Shown here piece by piece: positions 24,588 through 38,670 of a DNA stretch of 64,000 nucleotides. Source of the DNA: Octopus sinensis (lineage: Eukaryota). Both the position numbers and the translations under genes were made by a program. The stretch covers positions 42,718,001 to 42,782,000 of the forward strand of contig NC_043005.1 of assembly GCF_006345805.1 (NCBI RefSeq), given 5' to 3'. The notes under the pieces were generated by a model. The model worked only from the letters and a program-made list of their open reading frames with translations, ran no database searches and had not been told where the DNA came from. Position 1 is the stretch's first letter. The number at the start of each line of letters is the position of its first letter.

Positions 24588-24924
24588 TGTGTGTGTGTTT
24601 ATGTGTGTGTGGTTGTGTGTGTATACAAGGGTGTTTGTAGTACTTTGAACAAGAGACTAATTTTAAAATTAAAGATTGTCCATTGTTCACATCGCACGTC
24701 TGAAATTGTTAAATACTGGTATTGGTGTTGATGATGATGATGATGATGATGGTGATGATGGTGATGATGGTGATGGTATGATCATGAGAAGGCAGCGGGG
24801 TAGAGAAAGATAATGTAACTGGCGACACATGTCAGAGATCGGTTAAATGCACCTTACGTCCTTTTTTCTACGAGGCGACATACATCCCCCACACACATAT
24901 GTATACATGTCCAAGCGTGTATAA

Positions 24925-24979
<55 letters not shown>

Positions 24980-24992
24980 TACATGTATATAT

Positions 24993-25470
24993 AGGAGTGA
25001 CTGTGTGGTAAGTAGATAGCTTACGAACCACATGGTTCCGGGCAAGTGTCTTCTCCTATAGCCTCGGACCGACCAAAGCCTTGTGAGTGGATTTGGTAGA
25101 CGGAAACTGAAAGAAGCCCGTCGTATATATGCATATGTGTGTGTATATGTTTGTGTGTCTGTATTTGTTACCCCAACATCGCTTGACAACCGATGCTGGT
25201 GTGTTTACGCCCCCCTAACTTAGCGGTTCGGTAAAAGAGACCAATAGAATAAGCACTAGGCTTACAAAGAAGAGGTGCTGGGGTTGATTTGCTCGACTAA
25301 AGGCGGTGCTCCAGCATGGCCTCAGTCAAATGATTGAAACAAGTAAAAGAGTATGTAAGAAGTACAAATTTAAAAAAAAGTACTGGGTAGATTTGTTCGA
25401 CTAAATTCTTCAAGGCGGTGCTACAGGATGGCCAATGTCTAATGACTGAAGCAAGGAATAAATGAAAGAT
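24993..25470 (+). mobile_element. SINE-B with a duplicated 3' tail module
   Basis: Full body to ~25345, then a second ttcgactaa..aaggcggtgct..aatgactgaa unit. Confidence 0.88.
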
Positions 25471-25639
25471 AGAAGCATAGTAATGTTGACGTGAGTGTGT
25501 GTATATATAGTGATCTATCCTTCTGGGTAAAGAAAGCATAATGAATTTGGACTGTTCATTCTCCAGAAATGGAGAAGAAATCTGCAATTTTATAAATTTA
25601 TTTCTTTTAAATAAAAAAATTTCTAGTTTCAAATTGAAG

Positions 25640-25900
25640 ACTTATGATTATAAAGGGACGACGGTCTTATTCTAACATGTAACAAAAGTGAACTGCCTTA
25701 AGAACGACCTAATTAATACATCCATAAGCTTTGATCTCAAAATTAAAATTAGTATCAATACTGGCGTAGTAAATTTCTTAGATATTACTATGAACCTAAA
25801 TTTAGGATCCTACAGCCTCTTTAGAAAACTTAATGAGATCCTACATTAATAAAAATCCTAATCATTCACACAGAATTATCAAGCAGTTACCAATAAATCC
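25640..25900 (+). pseudogene. PLE RT fragment (catalytic motif and thumb region)
   Basis: *RDDGLIL (YRDDGL motif), LKIKISINTGVVNFLDITMNLNLGSYSLFRK and INKNPNHSHRIIKQLP. Confidence 0.8.
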
Positions 25901-25939
25901 TAGGAAACTTTCGACCGTGCCGCTAAATTTCACAATTTC

Positions 25940-26249
25940 ACTATCTAGCAAAATTTCTACTACACCGTTTGTAAAATCATAATAAGCAAACAAATCAGCT
26001 AATGATTCTGTCATAAGAGGGCGCTATCAGAGTCAGTTGAATACCTTCTGCACATGAAAAGGTTCTTTTCTCCAGAATGTTTCTACTCCCATACAAAAAT
26101 GAGTTAAGACGACCAGTAAACTCTACGGATGTATTATAGAAACTCTTTCGAGGAGGAAAAGAAACTCAAAGTGTTGGATATAATTACTAACGAACGTTTT
26201 CATTATCTTAAAATACTGGAAAGGATAGCGAGAGATTGAACTTTAGCAA
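25940..26249 (+). repeat. Left arm of a ~310-bp high-identity inverted repeat (partner 31205-31514)
   Basis: Reverse complement matches 31205-31514 with only a handful of differences by eye. Confidence 0.93.
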
Positions 26250-26311
26250 ATGATAAGATACATCGCTCGGCTTGGAAATACTAATATTAAGAAAACCAGG
26301 ATAAGTGACCT

Positions 26312-26434
26312 ATGGTACCGCTGCAGTAAGTGTGTGAATCTGAGAGGAGAATATGTTGAATATAATCATAATTAACTGATCCTCCTGTATTTTCTTTTAT
26401 TCAAAGCCAGGAACTTTTCAGCACCCACCTCGTA
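26312..26434 (+). mobile_element. Mariner 3' fragment with a TIR-like end
   Basis: WYRCSKCVNLRGEYVE* followed by CCAGGAACTTTTCAGCACCCACCTCG|TA. Confidence 0.65.
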
Positions 26435-26808
26435 CAGACAGTACATATACGAGCGTGGGCAAAAATGTTCTACCTTCGTTTTACACCTAACCACCTACCT
26501 TCCACAACTACCTCTTCCGATAGTGAATATGATTACGTGCATGTATATGCATACCTGTATATGTATACATAAGTATACATAAATCTATGAACAACATAGG
26601 CTCATAGTTTTAAAACAAGTGCAGGGAAGATCCTGAGTGGTCACCCTCCATGCTAATAATAGCAGCCAACTTATCGGATAGAATGTTTTCCTAATACGGA
26701 ATCCTAACGGAGTGGGCGCCTTGATCATTGCTCACTAAATAGCATTAACAGTATTTACACAAATAACAGTTGTGGTTTGTGCATTTGTGTATGTATGAGT
26801 GTATGTGT

Positions 26809-26897
<89 letters not shown>

Positions 26898-28789
26898 CTA
26901 TGCATATCAGAAAGAAGCACACACAAATGTTAAGTATAATATCGGGAAACGTTATACTGACATATACGTGAAGGAAGGACAAGCATTCTCATCGACAAGT
27001 TATACAAATAATTCATATACAAACACAGTCAAGCATTTTAAATATCAGTTTTCTGTGTGAGCCACTCGTAATTGTCACTGCAATTTTGACCCCCCCCTCT
27101 CTCTCTCTCTTTCTCTTTCAGTGAAAGATGAATTTCAAATATTAAACGTTTCGAGTGTACGTTCTTCAGTCTATCAACACCTGCTTAATTTACCTAAATC
27201 CATGCCATTGACTTCAGTGACTTTCCTCAGCGCAACTTTGTTTAATAATTGCTTTCAGACAAAAGTTCACATCAATACGCGTACATTTATACTTAAATCA
27301 GCGTAAAGACAGTGCTATAAGAATTGGACACAGAAACAGGAATGTCAGAGGAATCAATTACATACATATTGATTAAAAGTTTGGTTGGATGTATAAAAGT
27401 ACACGAAACTACATATCAAATAATACTCTGATAAATGCATGTTTGCTCACATAAATATGGATGTAAGACGCTGATATATCATTCACAGTCATCCTGGCAC
27501 AAAAACGCTCACACAACCTACAAGAGATAAACATTCAAAGAAAAGGGAACTGCGCACACACACACACACATATGCACAATGCACTCTTATACACAATCAT
27601 AGAGACAAATACGCATGCGTGCTCTACTCGCAGCTCTGTTGCAGATTTTGCAAGAGTAATGCTGGAATAGAAAGTTGAGAATTTAACTTGCTAATTTTTC
27701 CTGTTTATACGATATCCTTTGCGCCCCTCTGCGTTATATTGTAAAATCTGTAATGCCAGACAGGCATACAACTCTCACTGAACTATCAAAAGAGTTGCGT
27801 CAAACAAGGGTGACGAAGAAGCTGCATGTGATGCATGAAGACTAACAGAAATGACAAAATGGATAATGATGCCAAATAACTATGCCAAATAGAGAAAATT
27901 CAGAAAGGAATAAAGGAAGTCGAATCGAAGAGAACTGGTTTCTTTTTGTCTTTTTTTTTTCATCCTGTACATGACTCGCTTTATTGCCGTTTAACGTGCT
28001 CACATCCACTATCAGGAAATACCAAGTCACTAGAGCTTTAATCATCGCAATGGCAGACGCTTTTAATCTATCATCTTATTTCTTATAATGACCACCTTCT
28101 GCTAGTCTCATTCTTGCCTTTTCTAATGGTGGTCCATTACGTAAATGATGTTATTATAGTTTGGCACGTGAACAAACCGTCACTGTTACACTTGATTATA
28201 TTTAAAAAGCAAACGCATAAGGAAGGACTGAGTGGAGGTAGATGTGTTACACTTATGGAGATTGGCCATTGGAATGAAAAAGATACTATAGAACATTTAA
28301 CACGTAACGAATAGTATAAGATATTGTTCTCACAACATTTAAAACATTTAAATGTAAAAGCTGACTCAATCGTTTTAGATACATTTTTAAAAGTTAGCAA
28401 CAGCAAATAAACATACTAAATAAAAATATCTCCTCTAAAATGAAATACAAATGAATGTGTCTATATTTAAGTTTTTGTATCAGCTATTATGTGAGAATAT
28501 CTTATGCCGGTTAATTACCGTTAAGTCAATTATAGCGTAGTGAAACTTTGAGACGATTTCAACCTAATTCATTATACAAAAGTACACGAAACTGATAAAT
28601 TATGTAAAAGTGCTCAATAACAATTATGTGTGTTGCTCAGTTGCATTTTAAAGAAAACCGACTTATCTTTCTCTATGTTGTAATCTGTCGATGGTTTTGA
28701 AAATTCTAATGTCTTTCGCAAACACTTATCTGAATCTTTTTGCAAGAAGAATGGCAACAACAACAACAACAACAACAGCAACAATGGTT

Positions 28790-28975
28790 TCTGACTTAGA
28801 TACAAGACCAGCAATTTTGGAGTGAGTGAGGTTAGTCAATTACATGGACCTCAGCACTAGACTGGTACTTTATTTTATAGACCCCGGTTGAAGGAGAGGC
28901 AAAGTTGATCCCGACAGGACTCGAACTCAAAACGTAGAGACCAGGAAGAAATACGCAAGGCATTTATTCAGATGT
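28790..28975 (-). mobile_element. Degenerate SINE-A
   Basis: caagaccagcaatttt, ctggtacttt, ggcaaagttga, tcgaactca. Confidence 0.7.
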
Positions 28976-29516
28976 TCGAATGTTTGTTCCATCCCGCTGC
29001 TTTCAAGGTGGAGGAGGTTTCTTTATTCCCCACCAAGACTCACAAATAAATAAGGATATTAAAAGACCAGGTTACGAAAACAAATTTTTTTTTAATGTAA
29101 ATAAAATACATACAAGCACAACATGGTAACAATAAAAATATAAATAAATCAACTTTCCCAATAGAAGGGAAACATCCGGGGTTACTCGTGGAGATCTCAT
29201 AAGGCATTGTTATCCTCACTACAAAAGCATATTTGTTTTGCCTGCATTTTACTTTTCAGTTTTAAAACATAACACTTCTTATAGTACAGGGTGACACCAA
29301 TATCTTTTATGTGACAGGATGAAACCAATATCTCTTATAACAAGTCTTCTCCTGATAGTATTTCGAAGTATTTACATTTTTTGGATAGAGCAACTGTATA
29401 AAATTTAAAACTGATATATTCAACGGATATTATTCGCTGTTGTTTTGTCGGCGCTGCGATACCAAAATACAATAATTGCTTTGATAAAGCAGTAATAACA
29501 AGTCATATATACATTA

Positions 29517-29911
29517 CTAGCAGTATCGCCCGGCGTTGCTCGGGTTTGTAAGGGAAATAACTATATAAGCATTTTTAGAGAGTTATAGCCAAAAAATAGC
29601 AAAAAATGCATTAAAAATGGAAAAAAAATGATGGTAATTTTTTTTTTAATTGTTGACTCATCGTAGACATTTTTAGAGAGTTACTTCCCTTATATGGATT
29701 AACAAATGCATTAAAATAGAAAAAAAAAGATGGTAAATTTTTTTTTAAATCGTAGACTCATCGTAGACGCGCGCTAATACCCAGAAGGGCTCGATATGAA
29801 TCACGACTATAAGATACCCGGTTTTGGTTAAACTGCACCGCAAAATGTGGGAGTAGTTAGGAATCTAAATCGTAGGAGACAGACACACAACTTGACTTTT
29901 ATATATAAAGA
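29517..29911 (-). mobile_element. Non-autonomous Helitron
   Basis: Minus strand reads A|TCTTTATATATAAAAG...CCCGAGCAACGCCGGG hairpin...CTGCTAG|T, i.e. 5' TC, 3' hairpin plus CTAG, and an AT insertion site. Internal ~100-bp direct duplication. Confidence 0.8.
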
Positions 29912-29924
29912 TTTACATTTGACG

Positions 29925-30052
29925 GATACAGGTTGGCACCAGTGACGTCGCAACTCATCTCTACAGCTGAGTGAACTGGAGCAACGTGAAATAAAGTGTC
30001 TTGCTCAAGAAAACAACACATAGCCCAGTCTGGGACTTGAACTCACAACCTT
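29925..30052 (-). mobile_element. SINE-C fragment
   Basis: cagctgagtgaactggagcaacgtgaaataaagtgtcttgctcaag. Confidence 0.8.
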
Positions 30053-31204
30053 ATTATTTTAAAACAGTAGAGGAGGATTTAACTGCAATTTCTGTCAGAT
30101 ATGTCGTAGAGATTTCTTCGTTGGCTCGCTTTTCCGGTAGTGAACGATCAAAAAATAAATGATTAAATTTGTGTAGAAAGAGCTATCAGTCTACCCAGAG
30201 ACTGTTCTTCTGTTAATACTCAGGTTTGTGTTCTCATCTGTTGTTCAAGATATTTAAATAAGATGCTATAATTAAAATTATCAGTTTTTGGTTATCTTAA
30301 TATAAAGTGATTAAAAGAGAGAAAATGTAAACTTGAATTTTGTTTTATATTGAATTTGAATTATTAATATTATTCAACTTGCAATAAGAAAAAATATTGA
30401 TTATGGAAGCAGGAAAGAAAATTATCAATTCAAGTTAAAATAATATGACTTGTTCTTAATTTTGATATTTTGTGCTGCATTTTTACAAATTTCACAAATT
30501 TCTGCAAATGAGTACTAATATTTCATTGACTACTTCTAGTCTGTTGTTATCTAACATTGACTAATATTGATATGAAGCGTTCTGTTTCATAGTAGTGGGG
30601 TGTAGTCAATAACACAAATCTCATCAGAAGAAATAAGCGCGTATATAACTTTCAATTACGATTTTTGAGTTTTAAGCATGAATACTGTCTAAAACCTGTA
30701 GAGAAACCCATTCGCGTGTATGTCTTGCGTGGATTTTAGCTATTGTCAGCTATCGTCAAACTATTCATTCAAACAGGAAAATGTACCTTCTTGAATTGCA
30801 CAGCCTGCAAGCATTTGCATATTCTAGATTGCAGCACTTTCTTTTGGACATTTGCCAAGAACTCCTCTTTGCAAAATTCTTCTACCTACTACTTCTTAGT
30901 GATATGTGGAGACATACATGTGCACATTACTGCCGTAGAAAAAAGCTTCCATATCTTCTACTCGTTTTTCTTACAAATTCACGATAAATACATTTAACAA
31001 AACTTAGTTTCTCCTCCATCATCACTACTCGAAATACAATACACATTGTGTGAGAAAACACTTCGGATTTCTTCAAATTAACCAGCCCACACAATCTAGT
31101 ATTGATCTTTTCAAAAAACCCTAACATTATATTTCATATCTGCCTTCTACTTTCACCTTATGTTAAAACATATTTTCTCTTTGTGCTGATCTACCTCTAT
31201 GAAA

Positions 31205-31514
31205 TTGCTAAATTTCAATCTCTCGCTATCCTTTCCAGTATTTCAAAATAATGAAAACGTTCGTTAGTAATTATATCCAACACTTTGAGTTTCTTTTCCT
31301 CCTCGAAAGAGTTTCTATAATACATCCGTAGAGTTTACTGGTCGTCTTAACTCCTTTTTGTATGGGAGTAGAAACATTCTGGAGAAAAGAACCTTTTCAT
31401 GTGCAGAAGGTATTCAACTGACTCTGATAGCGCCCTCTTATGACAGAATCATTAGCTGATTTGTTTGCTTTTTATGATTTTACAAACGGTGTAGTAGAAA
31501 TTTTGCTAGATAGT
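31205..31514 (-). repeat. Right arm of the ~310-bp inverted repeat (partner 25940-26249)
   Basis: See left arm. Confidence 0.93.
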
Positions 31515-31586
31515 TTATGAAGAAAAGAATGCTTGCTGAATACTTTTACAAATGATTACCAGCACGTCAGGAATGAAGAATATGCA

Positions 31587-32050
31587 CATAACATGTTTGT
31601 TTTACGAGGAAGGAAAGCTGCGAATAAGGCTAATCACATGAATAAGATTCTTATCTGACAACTGTAATATCAGACGACACAATCACGGACAAGATTTCAT
31701 CTGTACAAGCATCTGGTTTTGTGTTCAGTGATTTCGAGATGACAACGTTATATAATCAAACTTGGAACGTCTTTGAGAATATTTGGTAATTGAATTTCGC
31801 TTGAGAATAATAATAAAGATATTTTTATCTGTCTAGAACTAACAAAAGCTTGAGGCATTTAATACATATGGCGCTAGTGAACTTGACAACAGGTTGGGCT
31901 ATGTTCAATGAAACTAATACCGAAAGAGCACGTTTGAGAGACACTTTAAAGGTTTGTTTCCGTAATGTTCATGCTAGCAGTAAAACATGACAAATATTAG
32001 CATGATATGAAAGCTACGTTGTTATACGAAAACAAAAATTCTAGCTGGAA
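31587..32050 (+). repeat. Left arm of an older ~460-bp inverted repeat (partner 33540-34015)
   Basis: Shared blocks include gtaatatcagacgaca, tgacaacgttatataatcaaa, gacgtctttgagaatatt, ggcgctagtga and aaggttt(g/a)tttccgtaatg. Confidence 0.85.
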
Positions 32051-32979
32051 AGAGACTAGTGTGGTGTCAAAACATACTGGACACCTGCTCTCCTACGTTA
32101 CTCAGCAGTGTCCAATACTTTACATTCTGTAATTATTGATCTATTCGTTTTTTTACTAACGAAGCGCACTGCTATGTAAATGATATTACATTTTACATCT
32201 GCTTCAATTTTCTCATATTGTTTTTTCATGGAATTTATAAGTTTTACGCCTCAAACCAAATCTACGCTCCTCCTGAGAGCAAAGACTTCAAGAAGAATCA
32301 TGAATAGGGATGTGAAAATTTTGACTCAAAAAAAGCACAATCCCTAATCATATAAAGAAAACAATTTGGATCTCAGACCTCTTCGAATGAAAACAAGACA
32401 CGTAAGTTTCCTTTTATCATGATAAAACAGGCAGTTAAAACTTTTGAAGCCACTAAAAATTAAAGCTCAAACGAAACTTACAATGGGGATGCTGCGCCCA
32501 TGTCTGAAACGGGCAATAGTGCTGCAAGTCCCAAATATCCTGGACCATATCCAACGGACTAACAATAGCGCATTCACCAACGTAGTACCATATGTAATCT
32601 TCAAACAAAAAATTAATTCTCGCTGCATTTCAAACCGCAGCTACGCCAAACTTTGCCCCGATGAACCAATTTGCATCTCTAGAGGCTCAGCCGACACTCA
32701 CCTCAAGTACTCTAGCTACTTTCTGATATTCACAAATCTAGACTCGCACTAATATTCATGGCTAAGCATTTTAAAATTTTGCTGCAGGAGTCAACTTTTA
32801 TACAATGTTCAAGCTGGACATAGAATAAACCTGTACCTTATAAATCTAGTCTTCGAAGGCCAGGAACGATTATGACCTTACCTGACTGAACCACAAACAT
32901 ATTGGCAATAATCATCGGCCGTTCATGTCGAGGAAATATGTAATACGCGCACACATCCATCTATCCATCAACCCATCCA

Positions 32980-33020
32980 TGTGAGTAGATTTGGTAGAAG
33001 GAAACTGAAAGAAGCCTGTC

Positions 33021-33060
<40 letters not shown>

Positions 33061-33255
33061 CTATACATACATATTTGTGCGCGTGTGTGTACCCCCACCA
33101 CCGTTTGACAACTTAGTGGTTCAGCAAATAAGACCAATAGAATAAGTATCGGGCTTTTAAAAAGTATTTGCAGGGGTCAATACATTCGATTTAAAATTCT
33201 CCAAGGCGATGCCCCAGCATGGACGCATTCTAATAACTTAAACGAGTAAAAGATA
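32980..33255 (+). mobile_element. SINE-B 3' part
   Basis: gatttggtagaaggaaactgaaagaagcc, (TA)n, tagaataagta. Confidence 0.8.
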
Positions 33256-33539
33256 AAAGGTATATATATATATATATTTGAACCGAGTTGTAGTAGGTGG
33301 TTTGTGGAAGTCGTCCCATCAGCGCTAAATCGCAGCCTGTCGGCAAACAGGCATCAGATTTGCATTGAGAATTTGTGGTCGACTATACACACACACACAC
33401 AAATATTTTTGGTATTTCTGTACTCATTGATTATAATTATGTTTCATGCTCCATAATTAAAACTATGAAATTCAGCAAAATATTTTACCTAGTGACTGTT
33501 CCTAAATAAATAGTTAAAAGTCATAAAAGTAAACATTTA

Positions 33540-34015
33540 TTTTCGAGCTAGAATTATCTTTTTCACAAGATATAGTAACATATCTTTCAGACTTTGTTAG
33601 CATTTATTGTGTTTTATTACTGGCATGAACCACATTACGGAAATAAACCTTTAATATATCTCTCTTAAGATATTGGTTTTATTTAAAACAGTCCATGTTG
33701 TCAAGCTCACTAGCGCCTTATAAATTTAATAATGGCTCAAGCTTTGGTTAGTTGTAGACAGATAAAAATAACTTTATTATTGTCTAACAGAATTGAAAAA
33801 CAGAATTACAAAATATTCTCAAAGACGTCCCAATTTTGATTATATAACGTTGTCACCCCGAAATTGCTGCGCACAAAACCGGATACTTGTACAGAATTCT
33901 CGTTCGTGATTCTGTCGTCTGATATTACTATTTTCGGATAAGACTCTTCTCCTAGGCATGTAAGGTAACTTTCTTCACGTCTTTACCTCCAGGAATAACA
34001 ACCAATATGTTATTC
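33540..34015 (-). repeat. Right arm of the ~460-bp inverted repeat (partner 31587-32050)
   Basis: See left arm. Confidence 0.85.
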
Positions 34016-37000
34016 AAATTTGTTTTCGTTCAGAACATGATAGCAATTACTCGTAAAAATAATCAGCGACCATGTTTCCTTTCTTCTTCAAAAAAACCTT
34101 CATTAACAGTATATATGTCTTCGATGTAGACATATAATATTAGTCTTTGCTGATGATTTCATAGACAGGTAGGGTTAAGGCACTGTCTTGCGAGAACGTA
34201 ATCAAACAATATTTTATCCTCGTTAGATACCTTCATCATGTCAAGCGTTTTTCTACTTCCACACAAGAAAGAAATATCTTTCATTTCGTTTACCTCTTAA
34301 AGTTTAAGTTTGATACACCAAGTAATAAATTACATTTTTTTTTCTACTATGTATCGTTAAATTATGAAATATGGTGTTTCTTTGAGGAGCAAATATCTGT
34401 GTGCAGGGGGTGAAAAATGTCGAGAGAAGCGATAGCATATCAGTGTTCAGTGGTTATTGTGTGTTGGTTAGTGACGACTTTATGTTGTCAGTGTAGAGTA
34501 TCTATGGGTGTAGCAGTATCGTTGTACCAAACCCAGGAGCTACATTCCATTGGGTAGTGAGTTTGTGGAGGGTTAAAGAATTTTCTGTCTCTAAAAATAC
34601 TAGATTTTTATGCAGATTCCTTTATGATCAAGTTATGCGTTAATCTGTGGTTTTGAGGTCTTCGATATTTTCTAGAAGTGTCAGCATACGGCTATGAATT
34701 CAGGCCTAATTAGATCTGTTCTAGAGACTATGAACTATGGAGCTATTTATCCCAGAACTATGGAGCTCATTTACGGATAATTAGCTAAATATATAAATTT
34801 CTAAAAATATACGATTTCATTATATAGAATATGTGAATAAGTACATACAACAATACACCAAAATCAATTCAAATTTTACTATAATTACCTTTTCTGTTTT
34901 TTGTTTGTGCTTTTTTATCTTTTTTCACACAGTCTATAAAAACTAAGTAAATTCATTAATTTGAAGATCAGAAAAATAACCCTTTCACTTCCTCCTCCCG
35001 CTTTCACCATCTCTTACTCTCTCTTTTTTTTAATACTCTCCCGCTGACATACCTGCTCTCTATATTCCTCTATTACATCTTTATAGATATTAATAATATC
35101 TTCTTCTATCTTTAACTATTACACACAGACACCAAGTACTATTTGCTTTCTTTTCTCCCCCACATTACCTTTATTCCTCTCTGTATTTGTCACTACGTAT
35201 GTCGCTTTGCTTTCTCGTTTTTAAATTATTTTCTTATGTTTAAGTGCTTTATTTCTTTTTACTAACTTTCTGTTTCACCATTAATGCAAATAAGGGGGAT
35301 AATTTAGAACGAAACAACGCAATTAGTTTCGAGTAATTACTGACAAAATACATACTTATTTAAAGCAACCATTTCCATTTAGGAGTGATTGTTATTCGAT
35401 GCTTTTAAAGAATCTGCTATTATTTCCATATCCCTGTTGCTCCGTTGATCCACTCCAAGATTACTATGGTCTATGTTTATTTCTTTTCAAAGAAGTTTTC
35501 AATTGCGAACGAGCTCAGCTTGTGATATAACACTTTTACAAGTCAAATATTCACTATCATTGCCTATCATACATTCGTTTAATGTTTAACCATCATTTTG
35601 ACATACATATATACACACATACATTAGAAACTGTCTTTCCAACAGGCAACATCAGCAATCTAAATTTCAATTAATGCCTGAAAAAAAAATCATGTAAATT
35701 CCCCTTACTCATTGCTTAAAACGATAAGACGTTCTCAATATAAATAATCCATTTAGATGTCACGAGAAAGACTTTCGTCCGGCATGCCACGCCTTCAAAA
35801 TTAATGCAATCATTGTGCTGAAAATGTGAGTAGATACTTAATTGTTTAACTTAAGCATCGTTAATTACAAAAATATGTAATTCAGCGGGCAAAAATGAGT
35901 GATACCTGTATTTGAAATGACCAGTCTTGTCACATTCTATGTCACACTGAATGTCCATAAGAACTACATTAAGGGTACGAGTATTTGTGGGGTGCCCAGC
36001 CACTTGCACGTTAATTTGATTGTATCAGTTGAATTCTTCGTCGTCAAAATCGTTGGATTATCAGGTACGTAACTGTAGAAACGATAAGGCGCCAAACACA
36101 AGGTTCCGAGCAATACTTTAGTTTGACAAACTATGAACTAAAAAAATTCCGATATGCCGATTCAAGCATGGCATAGGATTTACGGCAAATTCCTGGTCCA
36201 ATCAGGAAACCACAATCAACCTACATGGAGTTAAGTTGTGATCTCCAGCTAAGTGAACTTGACGTAGTAGCCATATCTTACTCCAAACAATACAGAGACA
36301 TCACAATTCCGCGGGATTAATGACGGTTACGAAACAAAACTAATGTCCTGATTGATATTTTTGTTTGTAAATATTGTAGTTAAGCCTAATACATCTTAGC
36401 CTTGATATATTCGTCAGAAAATGTAGGATTTCACAGAAATGGAAACATATATCTCTTAGATTTTTTATGAAGATATAAACTTGTTGCATTAAGACAATTT
36501 CTTGTTAATTTCTCATTAGTTTAATATCAGTGCTGACAACTTAAATGAACTATAGAGTGAACTTCGTCCATTTTTCTGGTCGTCTTAATTAAATATGCAC
36601 CATTTATCTACTTTAGCATAAGGATCGAAAGGAATCTTCTTGCAGTTCAGTGACAACACTTATTTTAGCATTGCCATCTACGGAAATGATAGTGTTAATG
36701 GGTGGTTTGCTTTGGCGAAGTACACAAGAGTTAGAAATTTAAATTCAGCGTCTAAATATCTGTTTGAGATTTAGAATTCGTTTCCATAAAATCACGTCAT
36801 CGATTCTTAATATTTCGGTCGTTCGGTGGATTTCTTAAGTAATCCCTTACGAAAAATTATCATATATGAATATTTTAGAATATAACACAGATGAGACAAC
36901 TTATAAATGCTTCTTCTATAGCTGTTTTATATGTACACGAAGGCAGTTCACGCGTATATAGAATGCAGTACAGATATTGACTAGCATAGTGTTACATCCA

Positions 37001-37449
37001 GTAGTTCTGTTTTCTAGAATATGCTTTCAAATTTCCCTGCTTTTAGTTGGGAAGGAGAACGGATGCCGATGCATGCTGTATACAACGCGTATACTTTCAT
37101 TCCTGACAATCGACAAAAGAATTTGTACCCACCTACATTTGTATACATACATGTATATGTATATATATATATTCGATGCTTTTTTCCAAAGAATCTAATG
37201 CACTTAGCTTACTTTTTCCTTGGGGTTGGCCAGATTGGAGCAATCTCAAGATCAATCAGCCGAAATTGCGAGGATGATCTGGTTCTTGACCGAGGATAAA
37301 AGGCTTCGAATGACCCGCCCGTCCTTGTTTTTTTTTTGTATCGTCTATCTGGATGCTTTGTTGTCCCTTTTTGTATCACTTAGTTGTCCTGATGTTTTGC
37401 GTTCTTGTCCCATTATGTATCTTCTTATTATTATTATTGCTTAAATCAA

Positions 37450-37521
<72 letters not shown>

Positions 37522-38282
37522 TAAATAAAATAAAACATATGCATATATATAAACATATATGTACGTACCTACCTCTACATGTACATATACACGCATATAT
37601 GAGTACGGGACACCAAAAGCACGTCGAACACAATGAGAAACGAAAACATAGACACAAACCAAAGGAACTGGACATTTATTTAAAAACAGCAAAAAAATAG
37701 AGTACAGGACAATTAACACAAAGAAAAAAACCCCTTCTTCAGTCGCTAAAGGTTTCATCTACTCTACGTTTCGAAATATATATATATATATATATATATG
37801 CATTCATTTAAGCAATAATTGTTGCAAATATCTCTCACTCTCGCTAAACATTTGAAATCATCATGCAGCCAGGAATTTGCTTACTTCTCCATATAACTGT
37901 TTTATAACTTTCTCAATACTAGAGCAACCGATTTAACAGAGAGGAGATTACAAATGTAGACAACTTAATTCATTACGACAATTATATTTTTCACCCACCA
38001 GTGGACCAGCTTGTTCAGTCCTCGTATATTGTCAAATTTCGTATTGATGTAATATATGCTGATTGATTAGATGTTTGGATGTTGCTCTTTAATTTTCTTG
38101 CGACTTGTCATCTTATTCGCTTTATGGACAACAGGGTTTTCTATCCTTATAAACTATATGAACAGTCAGGTATAAATAGCAGTGCAGTTCTGCGACTATT
38201 TATACGGACATTTGTGTGCATGTGTTTCAGTATTCTTATGTGAATATGCGTGACCCTGTGTATCTATGTATGTATGCCTGTA

Positions 38283-38670
<388 letters not shown>

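Noticed and set aside
27140-27175. Minus-strand CTGAAGA-ACGTACACTC-GAAA-CGTT hammerhead-like spacing
   Set aside because: Neither stem I nor stem II forms properly. It could be a decayed relative of the 19788 motif but is not supportable alone.
32444-32752. 102-aa ORF, with SPKYPGPYP (CUB-like) in another frame
   Set aside because: The CUB-like peptide hits a stop at once and lacks the CxWxI motif. The region more likely is a decayed LINE (GPDHI-like, PxxIF), but evidence is weak.
36610-36740. Short open frames on both strands (FSDNTYFSIAIYGND and PPINTIISVDGNAKISVVTEL, vaguely cadherin-like)
   Set aside because: No diagnostic cadherin motifs (LDRE, DxNDN) and no consistent splice pair.
37735-37775. 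Minus-strand GAAACGTA and CTGAAGA in a PLE-like tail
   Set aside because: The motifs are in the wrong order with no closing stems, and the segment is truncated by (TA)n.
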